A DNA stretch of 56,092 bases, filler included, from Sluysia triapertura (GCA_046118255.1; 4 parts of 4 records of this genome joined end to end with filler, not necessarily neighbours in it); one strand, 5' to 3'. Positions 25,114-38,505 are shown, numbered from the whole stretch's first letter. Notes: generated from the sequence alone by a model not told the origin. Made by a program: numbers and translations.

Positions 25114-27460
25114 AAAAAAATCATAATATTTGAAATTAAAGTCTCAATAACTTTTATCGTGAATATACATCATCTGAGCCGTAATACGAATATTTTCATA
25201 TTTTTTAGAACATTTCAGAAAAATCATTAGATAGTATTTTAGGAAATATATAAAAATATCAATTGAAAATGAAAATATGATAAGAAAATTGAAATAAAAT
25301 TAAAATTTAAAATAAAATTAAAAATTATAATAAAAATATTAAAAGTTAATTAGTGCACCAATTATAAATTTAATAAATTATAAACAATGAATCAATAAAA
25401 CAAATTTCAACAATTTTACTTAACAATTTTTGATTAATTTATATAATTTTTAATTAAAAATAATTTTTAATTGATAGGCAATTTTTAATTTAAACATAAT
25501 TTTAATAAAAAACAATTTTTAACAAAAAAGTTAAGTTTGCCAAAAAGACTTTCATTTAACATGTTGAACTCGGAGTCCCGGTGGCTCGTACTTGAAATTG
25601 AAACATAAGTAAAAATAAAAATAAATAAAAAAAGATAACTGGTAATGGTGATGATGAGAACTGATTCAACAAAGGCATAATATTTACGTATTTCATTAGT
25701 ATAATTTTATCAAGTTAATATGATTTTATTACAAGATTTTGTGGCTTGAAGTTTCATTATTTATGAATTCTGTAGAGTACAATGAATTAATAATGCGTGA
25801 CGTTCATTTGGTATAATATAATAGCTGGTAAATTTAATGGTTAATAACTTAAATATATTTTAGTGTAGGATTTTTGTATTGAGTAAATTGAAGTGGTGAT
25901 ATGTAGAAAATATTTTATATGTAATTAAGTGTGGCTTGAATTATGAGTTGTGTGAATTTATGTATGAGAACGATGATGAGATTATAATGTGTGGTTGAAA
26001 CACTGCACCTACAACACCAACATTTAAACCTCTAAAAACTTAAAATTAAACAGAAATTAAGTACCATTAAAATTTCTATTGAGCACTCTTAACTCTTCCC
26101 ACCCTTCTACCTATCTTTCAATTCTCTGTCTCAATGTAAACTAAACAATAACAGCACAAAAGATGTATATTCGCCATCATTGCACAGTCGTCATGGATCA
26201 GTTGAAAATAAACAGTGTAATTTCAAATGTGAGAAACTTTATTCAATAGTTAATATTTAATTAATGTTGAGCTTAACAAATCGTCCAAGTTGAAACAAGA
26301 GTCTTGATTAATAAGTTTAATTAAATTTCCAAACACATTTAAAGAATAATATGAATTACTTTAATATTAATAAGAGAATATCAAAAAGAAAATATCATTT
26401 TTATCAAAGTTCCTTTGATAAATTAGTTCAAGCCGTTCTTTAACGATATGAATAAACTGTTGAATAAATAGGATAACAAATAACACAATATGAAAGAGAA
26501 CATGTAAACATAAAAATCGAAATTCAAAATCGAAAACACATAATTGATGGTCTTTAACTAAAATTGGATAACATTTCACTAAGAATAGACGAAATAAATC
26601 TTAAATTATTATTAAATCTAAATTATGGATCAAAACAACATAAAACAAAATATTTACGACAATGTAAAGATGACATAATATTTTTGCTTGTAAAACGTCA
26701 AGTGCATTAATAGGAAAAATCGATAATCAATATAAAAAGATCGAATCACTTAATGCAAAGATTAAAAGGTCACTGGAATAATTTGGGTTCTTAAAAGTCG
26801 AAGCTTTTCCACAATACAATTTTAAGAAATTTCTAATTTTAACATACTGAATCGTATTGATAAAAATAGGCTACTAAAATTAGTAGTTAACACAACAAAG
26901 ATTGGCTCAACAAACTTTAGAATTTACCACGGTAATTTTACTTAATCAATCATTGATTTGCACAAGACAAGTTTAGTAACGACAAGAATAATTACTTGGT
27001 AATCTACTCAGCGAATAAAGTCGTAATATGGCAATTAAGTAATTAAATCGATGTAGAGAGAAATCAAGTTAAATTGTTCAATCGGATGTAAGACAAACCT
27101 TACGATTTATTACCGGTATATGTACATCCATTGAATATTATTACAAAATACGTTCGGCTATTATTTTATCACATATATAAAGTTATGAGCAAAAGTAAAA
27201 TTATGTTGAAATCGTAATTATCTGTATAATTTTCGAAGAAATTTTTTAACCCTATTCATAAACAAAACTGTCCCTTCTTTTATTCATTTCTTTAATGATA
27301 ATTTTTCATTAACATCTTTTAGAATATTCAATAGACTCACTTATTTTATGTAATAAAACTTATGCGAAACATTTTAAATCCTGTACAAGAATTTAAATGA
27401 TGAATAGGCGAACAATAGTATTGTCAATCTTGTTTTTGATTATCTTTTCAATATTTGTAT

Positions 27461-27601
27461 TGATGGACTGACCGGGGATCGAACCCGGGCCATCGTCTGC
27501 GCAGTCGATGCTCTACCACTGAACTATCAACCCGTCTAACAATTTCATTTTTATTAAATTCAATTTTACTAAATGGCACTTTTAGGCCTTTTGCCCCAAC
27601 A
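27461..27601 (-). mobile_element. Putative solo LTR of a tRNA-bearing TRIM (Helenus-like), copy 1
   Basis: On the minus strand it starts TGTTGGGG and ends ...CAGTCCATCA. It is flanked by a GTAT duplication (27457-60, 27602-05), and the paralogous host repeat has the empty site at 22815-18. It contains a tRNA-like cassette with A and B boxes. Confidence 0.75.
27464..27533 (-). pseudogene. tRNA-derived sequence (Ala/Cys-like) inside the element; probably not a functional tRNA
   Basis: Acceptor stem GGGTTGA/TCAGTCC, D arm GTTCAGTGGTAGAGC, T arm CCGGGTTCGATCCCCGG. The anticodon/variable region is ~2 nt short with a non-canonical loop. Confidence 0.7.
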
Positions 27602-28516
27602 GTATCAATGCCAAATATCCATACATCCATGGATGCATCAGTCGTTTAATAGATATATAATGTTATTGTATAAATTTATGTAAGAAAAAATGTGTTAAAT
27701 GTTATAAATTTGTATTTGTATAAATTTATTTTGTAAAATGTAAAATATTTTAAAAATTTTCTGAAAAATTATTTTAATTTTAAATATTTGTTTATTAGTA
27801 TTATTATTATTTACTCCAGAAAATTATTATTTATTCCAAAAGTTATTATTTTTGCTTAAATCTTTACTTTTGTTTAAATTTTATAGTATGTCAAGGTCAC
27901 TATACAACTATAAATAGACCATAGTTTAATGGCCGTAAAGCGTCAATTATGATAAATTTTTTATATTAATCAACTCATTTGAGGTAAACATGAATCATAT
28001 GAAACAGTATAATTACAAGCATCAAATATGGCAAGACATGAATTTGAAATTACAGAGTACTTTATAATTACTGGTTTATTTGAATACATACAATTTTGAC
28101 AACATTCAATTCGTCTAACAAAATTAGTTTCACCAAAGCATTTTTAGCACAAATAAGGCCTGCACCTCCTTATGTAGAATAATACAAATTTCGAAATACA
28201 ATAGCAATAAATATAAGATAAACAATATTTACTGTTTTAATCATATAACTATAGCAAATTATTGATTTTTTGCGTGTTTTAATAATTTCCTAATATATGA
28301 ATTTATATGATTAAAAAATTATACAACGATCATTGAAGAATTACTTAAGTAAAGCAATGCAGATATATAATATTAAAACAAAATAATTTAAACTTTAAAA
28401 TAATGCCAAGTGCATAACTAAATAATGTATTTAAATAAAGTCTAGCTATACAAAGCCTTTGGCCATAATTTAAGGATTGATATAATTCGGAATGATGAAT
28501 AGATAATTCTATTTGA

Positions 28517-28616
28517 NNNNNNNNNNNNNNNNNNNNNNNNNNNNNNNNNNNNNNNNNNNNTTAATTAATTAANNNNNNNNNNNNNNNNNNNNNNNNNNNN
28601 NNNNNNNNNNNNNNNN
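28517..28616. other. Artificial contig linker
   Basis: N44-TTAATTAATTAA-N44. Confidence 0.97.
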
Positions 28617-28670
28617 TTTGGTTAATGATATTATTTAAAATTCATTATTAATTTACAAATTTTCTAAATT

Positions 28671-30453
28671 ATGTTAAATTGCAGATTATTTAAATTGTTA
28701 CGACAAAGCACGAAATTATCTTACCGATATCAGAGTTTTTTTCCTGTTAATGATGAACTATGCGGTTTAACAGAAGAACAAAAACATGTAATTTGAAAGA
28801 TTAACTAATAAATGTTTTAAATGATTAGCTGAGAGAAACCACATTTCAATTTGTACGAAAAGAATTAGCTCCATATGCTCAAGAAATTGATAAAACAAAT
28901 ACATTTGATAATTTACGAGTATATATACATTTATTATATTTTAAGATGTATTATTAGTGCTTTTGGAAATCACTTGGTTCAATGGGTTTTTTAGGCGTAA
29001 CAGCACCAAGTTAGTTAATGATAATATGTTTATTGTTAAATTAGCGGAATACGGTGGAATAAATGGTACATATTTGGATCATTGTATTATTATGGAAGAA
29101 TTAACACGAGGTTCAGCAGCTATTGCTTTAAGTTATGGTGCACATTCAAATTTGTGTGTAAATCAAATTGTGAGGCATGGAAATAAAGAACAAAAAGAAA
29201 AGTATTTACCAAAAGTAATTTTAATTTACTTTTAGAATATTTTCATATTAGATTAATATAACTATTTTTCTCTAAAAATAATTTTAGGAGTGTAATTTTT
29301 CGTCTTATAAACAGGCAAATGTTAAAAACACATGCACCAAAACAACAGGCTATGCAAATGGGTGAATGAAATAAACTAAAAATAACCTCGTAAATCTAAT
29401 ATGTGTAACTAATTTTTGAGCTTAGACAAAGTTTTAAATTTATGAATTAGTAGTTCTGTTAATTGGTATTTGTAATTGATTCAATGATCGTTTTTTACAA
29501 TAAAGGTAAAGATAACATAAAAACGGAGCACTTAAGTATGTTCATAATTTATATCAGAACTAAATATTGCACGTTTTACAAAATATACACGAATTGTGCA
29601 GTCTTCTCTTTCATAATTTGTGACGACATTTTTTAAATATTGCCATATTTTTCTTATACTCGAATGTAATAGCTGAAAATTTCTACTGTTTATCTACGTA
29701 GATTACCTGCGTAAATTAAAAATTAAAAAAAATTTGATTTTAAAAACAAAAATTGGAATATGAAAATTTTATTTTATAATGAATGTATTAAAATTAATTG
29801 TAATTATACAAATTCGTATTCCGCTATCATCTATAACTTTAATGAGTATTTAATTTTGTTCATTTTTACATTTGTTTGTTATTGTAAACAAAAATTTCTG
29901 GGTAAATAATCAATTTTATATCTTCAGCAGAGCGACCCATACATATCTCATCATTATCTCTTAGCCAAGACAATATATGATTTCGCAAATACATCCCAAT
30001 AAAGAGAGGACATAACTATTTCATTACACAAATAATTATTTTCCTTAATTCAATTAAAATATCTAAAATGCACGATTCTTTGCAAAATTCTGTTGGAATT
30101 TTCACATATTTTTATGACTGATTTTGTTTGGCATAAATTATCCTTTAATAAATTAAAAGTGGTAGTTGTGTTAATTTCATGCATAATATAAAAAAATGAT
30201 TTAAATATCCGATATATTTTAGTTGATAAGTGGTGAATATATAGGAGCGCTGGCTATGAGTGAGTCTAATTCTGGTAGTGATGTAGTGTCAATGAAATTA
30301 ACTGCTAGGCAAGATGGAGAATACTACATTTTGAATGGACAAAAATCTTGGATAACAAATGCTCCAGATGCTGATGTTATGGTAGTATATGCACGAACTG
30401 ATATTAATGTATCTAAACCGCAGCACGGCATTTCAGCTTTTCTTGTAGAACGG
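28671..30453 (+). CDS. IVD: Isovaleryl-CoA dehydrogenase, mitochondrial; 5' part only (exons 1-5, ~220 aa)
   Basis: Exons 28671-28787, 28829-28918, 28958-29009, 29045-29214 and 30223-30453, all GT-AG. They translate to a basic presequence plus GLTEEQ/LRET...[79 protein letters not shown] and WITNAPDAD...[17 protein letters not shown] is characteristic of IVD. No downstream exons were found in the contig. Confidence 0.95.
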
Positions 30454-30540
30454 GTTTGTATATTAATTATATTATTATAAAAAATTAAATTCGTTATAAA
30501 ATGCCACGTCAGTTTGCTGTCGCACCCATTTTGAAAAAAT

Positions 30541-30542
<2 letters not shown>

Positions 30543-30590
<48 letters not shown>
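30543..30590. repeat. (AAT)16 microsatellite
   Basis: Direct reading. Confidence 0.95.
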
Positions 30591-30591
<1 letters not shown>

Positions 30592-30766
30592 TAAACATTG
30601 ATTTCACAACGACTAAATTTCATAATTGTTTCACAATTATAATTTCAAATTCTTTTTTAAAAGCAGAGAATTCTAAATTCACAATGAAATTTCATAAAAA
30701 TTTCATAATTCTGTACTGGTAATCAATACAGATCTTTGTTAAATAGTTGTGAACAAATAGATTGTA

Positions 30767-30809
30767 ATAGATTGAAATAGATTGAAATAGATTGTAATAT
30801 TTATTTTTG
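30767..30809. repeat. 10-bp tandem repeat ATAGATTG(T/A)A, about 4 copies
   Basis: Direct reading. Confidence 0.8.
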
Positions 30810-31519
30810 CCCGATTTAATGAGGGCTAAAATATTATAAAATCAATATTATTAAATTAGAATCTAAAAACTCTAATTTGTCAAGTTTATTGTGTATTCTA
30901 TTTTGACTATACCTTCAACTTTGTTTTTTAGCATTTGTTACTTTGTACTCAGTGTAGAAAATAATTTTTGAATAAAAATTTTAATTGATTCGTTAAGTTT
31001 AGTTTTTGATTTAGTTATTTTTGTGATTAATTTATCATGTTTTAAGTTAATTAAAATTTCAAGCATCAGGAAATTTTAGTACACACAATCCATAGGCCTC
31101 TAAGATATATTTTGAGTTACGTAATAATTGGTATAGCTACAAACATGCTTACCTATATTTTAAGTCTTGGATTGCAGTTGCACCCATTAAGTAATTCATT
31201 TATCTCGTTCATACACGTAATAAAATGTTTATTAATACAATAATCAACTATTATATGACAATTTTGATGTCAATGAAATAAAATACAATTGAAATTAAAA
31301 TTATGTTGGATTAAAAATAGAGTACTTAAATATTTAGCGACCATAAGTAAAGTAAATATTTAACAACTACCATCCTCATTGAATATTACCTGTAAAATTT
31401 ATTCCTTATCAACTGTTTTAAAAACACTTAATGAAGTTTCAAACTTAACATCTAAGTATTTAAATATCGTCGGATTGTTCCTACTTAGTCTTGACATTTT
31501 TTCGATATCAATTTATCAA

Positions 31520-31930
31520 ATTTTCTACTTCAGCACATCTCCTATAACACAACATCTACAATATGCCCAAATGCTTTTCGAAAATATTACTGCTATAATT
31601 CTTAAATGATGCTAAGCTGCAGTGCTGAAATTAAAACGGGCGCAAATCAAAATGAAATTGATAATTGATTTTCAACACTATTAATATATTCTAAACCATT
31701 TTAACTTAGAAAATCATTCTTCTATTTTGAGCGATATTGGAACAAAGATTGTAACATTAACCTGATGTCAGAATGGCGACTCCAGCCTACAACGAATTAT
31801 TTGGTTTGCAGTTATAATTTTACTTTATGGTTTTGCATAGAGTAAACTTAAAACTCTGTCAAACTTTCCTATCTATCTGGCATTGTATATTATTTATTTA
31901 TTTATAAACCTACAACATCAGTATTTTTCG
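31520..31930 (-). mobile_element. Possible RTE-like LINE endonuclease remnant
   Basis: Minus-strand fragments in the order expected for an APE domain: DVVGL, AGVAILT, ICAP (IYAP-like), VIGD. They lie in different frames and are heavily decayed. Confidence 0.35.
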
Positions 31931-33368
31931 GTTACAGTGATTCTTGCCGAATGTCTTTAAAATTTATTTCCAATAATTCTACCAGAAAACTCAACCACGC
32001 TGATTATACATGTTTCTTCTAAATGCTTCTCTGAAATTATAGTGCTAATTTGATTTATAGATTTGTACACCATCTTGATTCAATATATAATTTATTTATG
32101 AAGGCACCAAAAAATTCCATAGACTCAAATTAAATGAGAATCTCGGAAACCATTGTGCATTACTTATTTCTCTGTTTTATTAGTCGCTTCTTCTGATCGC
32201 TTGTAACTCATTAAAGGCCAGATAAAATTCAGATGAGTTTAGTATATATATGAGCCATCAACTAAGGACTAAATCTTCAAACTATTTTGATACATTATTA
32301 TTTGATATAGCCACCAATTTTAGAAGATATATCAACACAAGATTTAATTGAAGGAGTGCTTTATATTTTTGAAGATTTAAATTTAATTTAATTGTTTATT
32401 TAGATTTTGCGCGAATCCTTTACGATATTAGGCTTACTCACTTAAGGGCTAAGCTCATAAAAAGATGTCACTGATCTAGCTAAAAGAGCTAATGCGATGT
32501 CACTATTTATTTTTTGTCTTTCGTGCAGTGACAATTTATAGCTATATAATTTACATCAGATCTGTAAAACTTTGATTTTATGATTAAAACGTCTTAAATG
32601 GGTAAGGATTTTAAATATATTTGAAAACTATGAAATTTTATTACTGCTGCGTAAGATACAATGATTATACAACTATAAAAATAGGATGAACAATGTAAAT
32701 ATGTATTAACAAAATTTTAAGTATTAAATAAATGAATATAAAAATTTATACAATTTTCAAAAATTATACAGAAAGTAATAATTTTTTAAAGTATTTTTCT
32801 TCAACACTTTAAACGATTGAAGTTGAAAAAGAATTAAAAAATTTACGTCTATTTTGCAACTAATAAAATTAGTCTCCTTAATGAAAAACTGACTAACGTA
32901 ATACTCAGAATACGAATTTGTGGATTTGGTAAATGATTTTTTTGTCCAGCACTTTATCCAAAATTTTAGATATATCTATACCGATTGAGTGAATTTAACT
33001 CCTACCGAGAACTTGTTTAGACGTACAATAATTATGTAAAAATTGTGAGAATTGTAAAAGTTATATGCTTTTATATTGTTTTTATGACCTTGTTTACTTA
33101 TTTAATTTTAATTTATTAAAACAAATGTTTAATGTTAGTCAATTTTTCAAATTTATTTTATATAAAATTTAAAATATAAAACTTAAAATAAAATATAAAA
33201 TTACTCATATAATTACAAATTATTATCAAATGTCCAAATATTATTTAACTGTCAAAATATTAATATAATTATCCAAATATCCAATAAATATTATTCAACT
33301 ATACAAATAAATTAATGTATATTATTGCAAAAGTGAGTTGCGTGAATAAAACTTAAAAAGAGAAGTGT

Positions 33369-33416
33369 GAGTCCACCAACGTATTGGCCTTACAGACTTA
33401 ACGGCCAACCGTTGGG
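33369..33416 (+). repeat. Dispersed hairpin-forming repeat, copy A
   Basis: GAGTCCACCAACGTATTGGCC...GGCCAACCGTTGG; related copies at 36127, 44679 and 49411. Confidence 0.6.
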
Positions 33417-34604
33417 TTTGTTTGCAAATGCTAAACGTTAAAAAAAACTTAAATATTTTATAAGGAGGTCTCAACAAAAATTTTAATCTGATAGATGTTA
33501 ATGAGGTTCTGAAATTGAACCTTTTTGAATTTTATAACTGATTTTAATAAGGTTCTTAAACCGAACCTGTAAGTCGTTACAAAAGATTTTACAGAACCGA
33601 TAAAATTTTTAAATTTAAATGTACAAAATAGATCACACTTATAAATTTTTATTATAACAAACTAAAAATGACTTTTTTACAAGTGAAAATAATAATGTAA
33701 TAATAATTATACGATTTACAAAAATTAACGAACAAAACAATATTTTAATAATGATTATCAGATATAATTAAAAATGATTTTGTACTACAAGTATAATAAA
33801 AAACAATAATTTAATAATGATTATAAAATATAATCAAAGTTAAAAATTTTAATTGATAGTTTAATAAGCTATCGATAGCTGTAAATTTCTTATAATATTT
33901 TGAGTATAGTTTAGCTAAGAAATATTAAACATTGCAATAAGAACTTATATAATATAAACTAACGACAAAATCGAGAAACAAGTATGCAGAATTCGAAATC
34001 AGTTCAAAACGTGCAGCTACAATGCGATGAAACGAAATCTCTTCTCCAAATGTTAAAACTGAATTGTATTTTTTGAAATTGAGTCGAATATGCGACTTTG
34101 AATAATTTAGTTTAAAAGACTTGTAAAACAAATTGTGTGTGTTTGTTAAAAAACTTAGTACTATTTATATCAGATCAATCGACCTTGATGAGCGATTAAA
34201 ACAAAAAATAATATTTAGTTTATAATTTTAAATAATATTTAGTTTTTATAATTTAGAATAATATTTTAATATAATATTGTAAATGACGATGATTAAAATG
34301 ACAATTTTTAAATTGACTTATTTTAATGTTTAATTCAAATTATTTTCCAAATTAATTATTTATCTCCAAATTTTAAAATTAACGAATTATTAATTGTATT
34401 TACATAAATTTTATTGTTTGACAATATTTATTAGGTTTTTGCTTACAGCAAGTGGGATAAAATCGACTTAAACTATTTATCTTTTGAGGCTAATTTAATT
34501 TAAATCAATTTATCATCATTAATATGTATTCTTCTAAATGCTAAAAAACAGAATTATTATTATTGTTGGTGGTGGTGTTTTATTATGCCTGTATATTATG
34601 AATA

Positions 34605-34737
34605 TGTTGGGGTAAAAGGCCTAAAGTGCCATTTGGTAAAATTGACTATAATAAAATAAAATTGTTAGAAGGGGCTGATAGCTCAGTGACAGGTCCCCGG
34701 TTCGATCCCCGGTCAGTCCATTTTACGAAGTCTAACA
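34605..34737 (+). mobile_element. Putative solo LTR of a tRNA-bearing TRIM, copy 2 (anticodon arm deleted)
   Basis: TGTTGG...CTAACA termini and AATA duplication (34601-04, 34738-41). The first ~65 bp are colinear with copy 1. A box TAGCTCAGTG and B box GGTTCGATCCC are retained. Confidence 0.7.
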
Positions 34738-36126
34738 AATATTTTATTTTGTTTTTTTCTTTAAAATAGATATAAACTATTGTTTTGACTCTGAGTAGAG
34801 TGTTAGTTGCAAAAGAAATTTATAAAGCAATTATTGCCTAAATTTGATATAACCTCTAGGTTACATTAATAAAAATCCTATAGCTGCATCATAGAATAAG
34901 CATAAACCGTACATTATAGGTGAACTTTACAACTATCTTCAATTAAGTATTTTCTGCGAAAGAGTCTTACAGATTCTTAAATAAAAGATTATATTAATAA
35001 TTTTGTAATATGCTTAATTAATTTCGTACTAATAGCTTTACACAAGAAACCATAGATAGAATTTGGAAAGAGCAATTGTTGCGTCTTATATTAAAATTCA
35101 ACAAAAATATTATTAATAATAACTGCAATTCTTAAAATCCTAATCACAATAATAAATTCTTTTCTATTAATAATAAAAATTAAAATAACTGACACTTCAA
35201 TAGAATTTAAATAATCACAAAGAAAACGCAAATCAAAAAGATATTTATCCACAATATAAAATTTTTAGTAATTACCAAATATAAATTAATCCTTAACTAT
35301 AAATAAGCAATTTTACGTAACTTAATCTTAAAATCCAACACAATAAGTAAATTCCCAAAAATATCAATTTAAATTTTATGATACAATGGCCCTTCAAACG
35401 GAGATCCCTAAAATAATGTTCAAATCAAAAGTAACAAAAATTTATTACAAGATATTAAACGAATATCAAAGGGCGAATTTCGAAAATAATTTAGAAAAGA
35501 ACTTATATTCAAGTATTTAAAACTTAAATAAAAATAAAATTAAAAAATATTACCAATTCGTGGATTTTCTTCATCATTATTTTCGTTTCTTTTGGTAAAC
35601 GTGGATCTTTTTGTTGCGTTGAAAAAATTTTAATTACTCTTTTATATTATTGTGTTATCCAATCATTTACAAATTCACAATCAGGAATTACTCTTACCCA
35701 AATCATCAAAACCTCCTTTAAAGATTAAACTGTCCATAATGCCTTTGAAACTTACATGGCAGAACAAAAAAATCGATTAAAAACCAACTCTTATTTTTTC
35801 TACTAATTTACTCGATCTAGTTTTTCATGAATCATTTCTTACATTAAAGTAACAACTATTATTATTGACATACTTAAGAATAATGAATTTAATTTTAGTT
35901 TTTAATTAATTTTCAATTCCTCACACTCAATTTTTTAATGGAAAATGTTTAAGGTTCTAATTCCCAAACGAACCATTTCACAAACATTTCAACCTCATGT
36001 TCGGATTTTCCCTTTCATAGCAATCATTTCATATTAAATTCATGATCTATTCATCATTCTAAATATTAAAATGCTGTGATTTTTGTCTTAATTTACAATA
36101 ATAGAATAAAGCAATCTTAAACTTCA

Positions 36127-36166
36127 GTCCACCAACGTAATAGGCTTACCGGTTAAAACTCTTGGG
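36127..36166 (+). repeat. Dispersed hairpin-forming repeat, copy B (truncated)
   Basis: GTCCACCAACGTAATAGGCTTACCGGTTA shares the 5' arm with the other copies. Confidence 0.55.
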
Positions 36167-37987
36167 CAGTAACAAGTTTAAGATTTTAAAACTATAAAAT
36201 TGCTAAGATTCAAAATAATAACTTGCCTTTAATAACGTATTAACAAAGGTTATAAAAGTTATAATAGCACAATAAAATTTTACACTAATTAACTGTTATC
36301 AAGTTAATTATTTAAATAATAATAATTTAAATATATGCTGCGTAAGAACCGATAAAAGGTTCAAAATATTTTATAAAATATGAATTTTAAGTGTATTTTG
36401 TGTGGGATACCTTCAGGCATCAAAACCTTAATAAAATAACGTAAATTATTTTAGAAAATAGACAAGATCCTGGCCAAGAATAAATTTTTAATCAGTTAAT
36501 TACCTTCTTGATTGAAAAATTCGTAGAAATCTGGATTGCGAAGAATCGTGAAAGATTTATCGTGTAGACAAAATTGTGCAGTAAAACAAATTGCACCGAA
36601 AAATAAATTGTGATTTTTAATGCCTTAGTATGCTACTTTATATGCGTTTTTATGTTGGCCTTGACCTTTTATTATTAAAACAAGTAAAAATTTATTTTAT
36701 AATATTTTTAATGTTTTAAAAATATTTTTAGTAATGTTAAAAATACTTACATAAGTTTAATCCAAATATAAAAATAATTATAGTTTTCCAAAACTTAAAA
36801 ATAATTAATTCAAAATTTCAAAATAATTAATTCCAAAATAATTGTTAAATAAAATCGATAATTAATAAAATCGATAATTAATAAAATTGATAATTAATAT
36901 AAATAAAAGTCAACAATTAATGTCCGTATTACGATAATATATATAAAATCGATAATTTTTTAATGTCTGTATTAATCATATCAAAGTATCAATGTATAAT
37001 AAAGTATCAATATTTATATATCAATGTTTATTTTTACAAAAAATTCAACATTTTTTAATTAAAAAGTAAAATTCCACTTTGCTCAATAAGAAGGCTTTTC
37101 TCTCATGAACTAGGGCAAACTTTATATTCATCAAAGATCTCTTTAAAACATATGCACATTTACAATTTTAACATAGCATTCCTCATTCAAGAGTTATTCA
37201 TACAAATGTAATTTTTCTTAATTAAGATTTTAATTAATTATTTTAACTTATTTTATTATAAGCGTAAAGGTCTTGTTATGGTTATAAAGTTGTTAATTAC
37301 TTTATAAGGTACTCAGGAGGCTCTAGATTTTTTCACCTTCACCACTCTGATTAAGATTATAAGTTTTGCTGAGCGTTTGTGGATTAAAAGTTACCAATTG
37401 AGCGTTTTTGTATATAGCATTTGAATTTTAAGTATGATCTGATTTGAATTTGGTGGATGCATTGAATTCTGCAATGTACGGATTTTTTGCGAAATGGTAC
37501 TAATTGGTTATCTAACAATTTGTCGATGTGAAGTGAATTTAATAAATTACATTGTGATATCATTTTAATGTTGTATAAAATACAAATTGTAAATATATAG
37601 ATCTGTAGAATAAATTTGCTTAAAATCAAGTTTTTTATTGCGTAGCATGCAGTTGGGATGGTTTATTGAGTAACGTTAATTAATAGATAAAGTTTGAAAC
37701 CCAGAAAATATAAAAAACTAATAAGTGATTTAGAAAGTTGTGTTTTACATTGGGATTTTTACCAGCTGCTATGAGTTACAGGTTCATTGTATCATAATTA
37801 CATAATATATTTAGATGTAATTCCTAAACAGATAAAAGTATAAACCGATACGAAATGATATTAATAGATCTAAAAACACAAAATTATAAAGTTTCAATTT
37901 CGAATTATTTATTTTAAATTGTAATTCAAGTCTCACATTAACAACCATTTGTATCTAATATTAAATTAAAACAAAACCAAATATATA

Positions 37988-38505
37988 TTATTGGTTCTTC
38001 TTATGGTATTGTTTAATTTTTAAATTGTTAATTTCAGCCACGATATTCATAATCTTGTAAAACCAAAGAAGCTTAAAAAGTAAATATAAGATTAAAAAAC
38101 TTACAACAATGATTATCATATTTATAATACACGGCAAAGATAAAAATATTGATATAAACATGCCTCTACTATCAAAATAATTTTCACCAGAAAACTTCCT
38201 ATTAGATAGTAATATAACAGTAAAATTACCTCCAAAAACCAGCAACGTATTCGTTTATGTAGGAAGAAAGTAGCACCAAACCGCTCAATGATACAAATAT
38301 TCCAAACAGGAAATAGTCACGAAAACGGAAAATGTATATAAAAAGCAAACACACAATGTGGAAATTAATTAGTGCATATAACCATAATTCATTTTTCCAA
38401 TCTATCTAAATTCACATATATACTATTTTAAACTATTACAGATTTAAAAAAATCATAAAAATTATGAATATTTAATACATCAGTATTAAATATATTTCTT
38501 TCCAT
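37988..38505 (-). CDS. TMEM18: Transmembrane protein 18 homolog, 139 aa, 4 exons
   Basis: Exons 38505-38440, 38405-38230, 38198-38105 and 38071-37988; introns of 34, 31 and 33 nt; 420 nt open frame. Motifs IDWKNELWL...FH, [33 protein letters not shown] and a basic C-terminus match TMEM18. Confidence 0.93.

Larger units (their letters stand above)
27265..27640. repeat. Second copy of the unclassified repeat; hosts the tRNA-LTR insertion
   Basis: Colinear with 22650-22850 once 27461-27605 is removed. Confidence 0.7.

Noticed and set aside
26340-26900. Possible R2-like RT remnant
   Set aside because: Only a vague resemblance; no diagnostic motif is intact.
27464-27533. Functional tRNA gene or classical tRNA-SINE
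   Set aside because: The anticodon arm is irregular, the tRNA part is at the 3' end of a larger TG..CA unit with a 4-bp TSD, and there is no SINE-like tail.
27448-27630. 60-aa ORF
   Set aside because: Chance frame across the tRNA-LTR insertion.
30324-30722. Poly-Ile and poly-Asn ORFs
   Set aside because: Translations of the (AAT)16 microsatellite and the antisense of an IVD exon.
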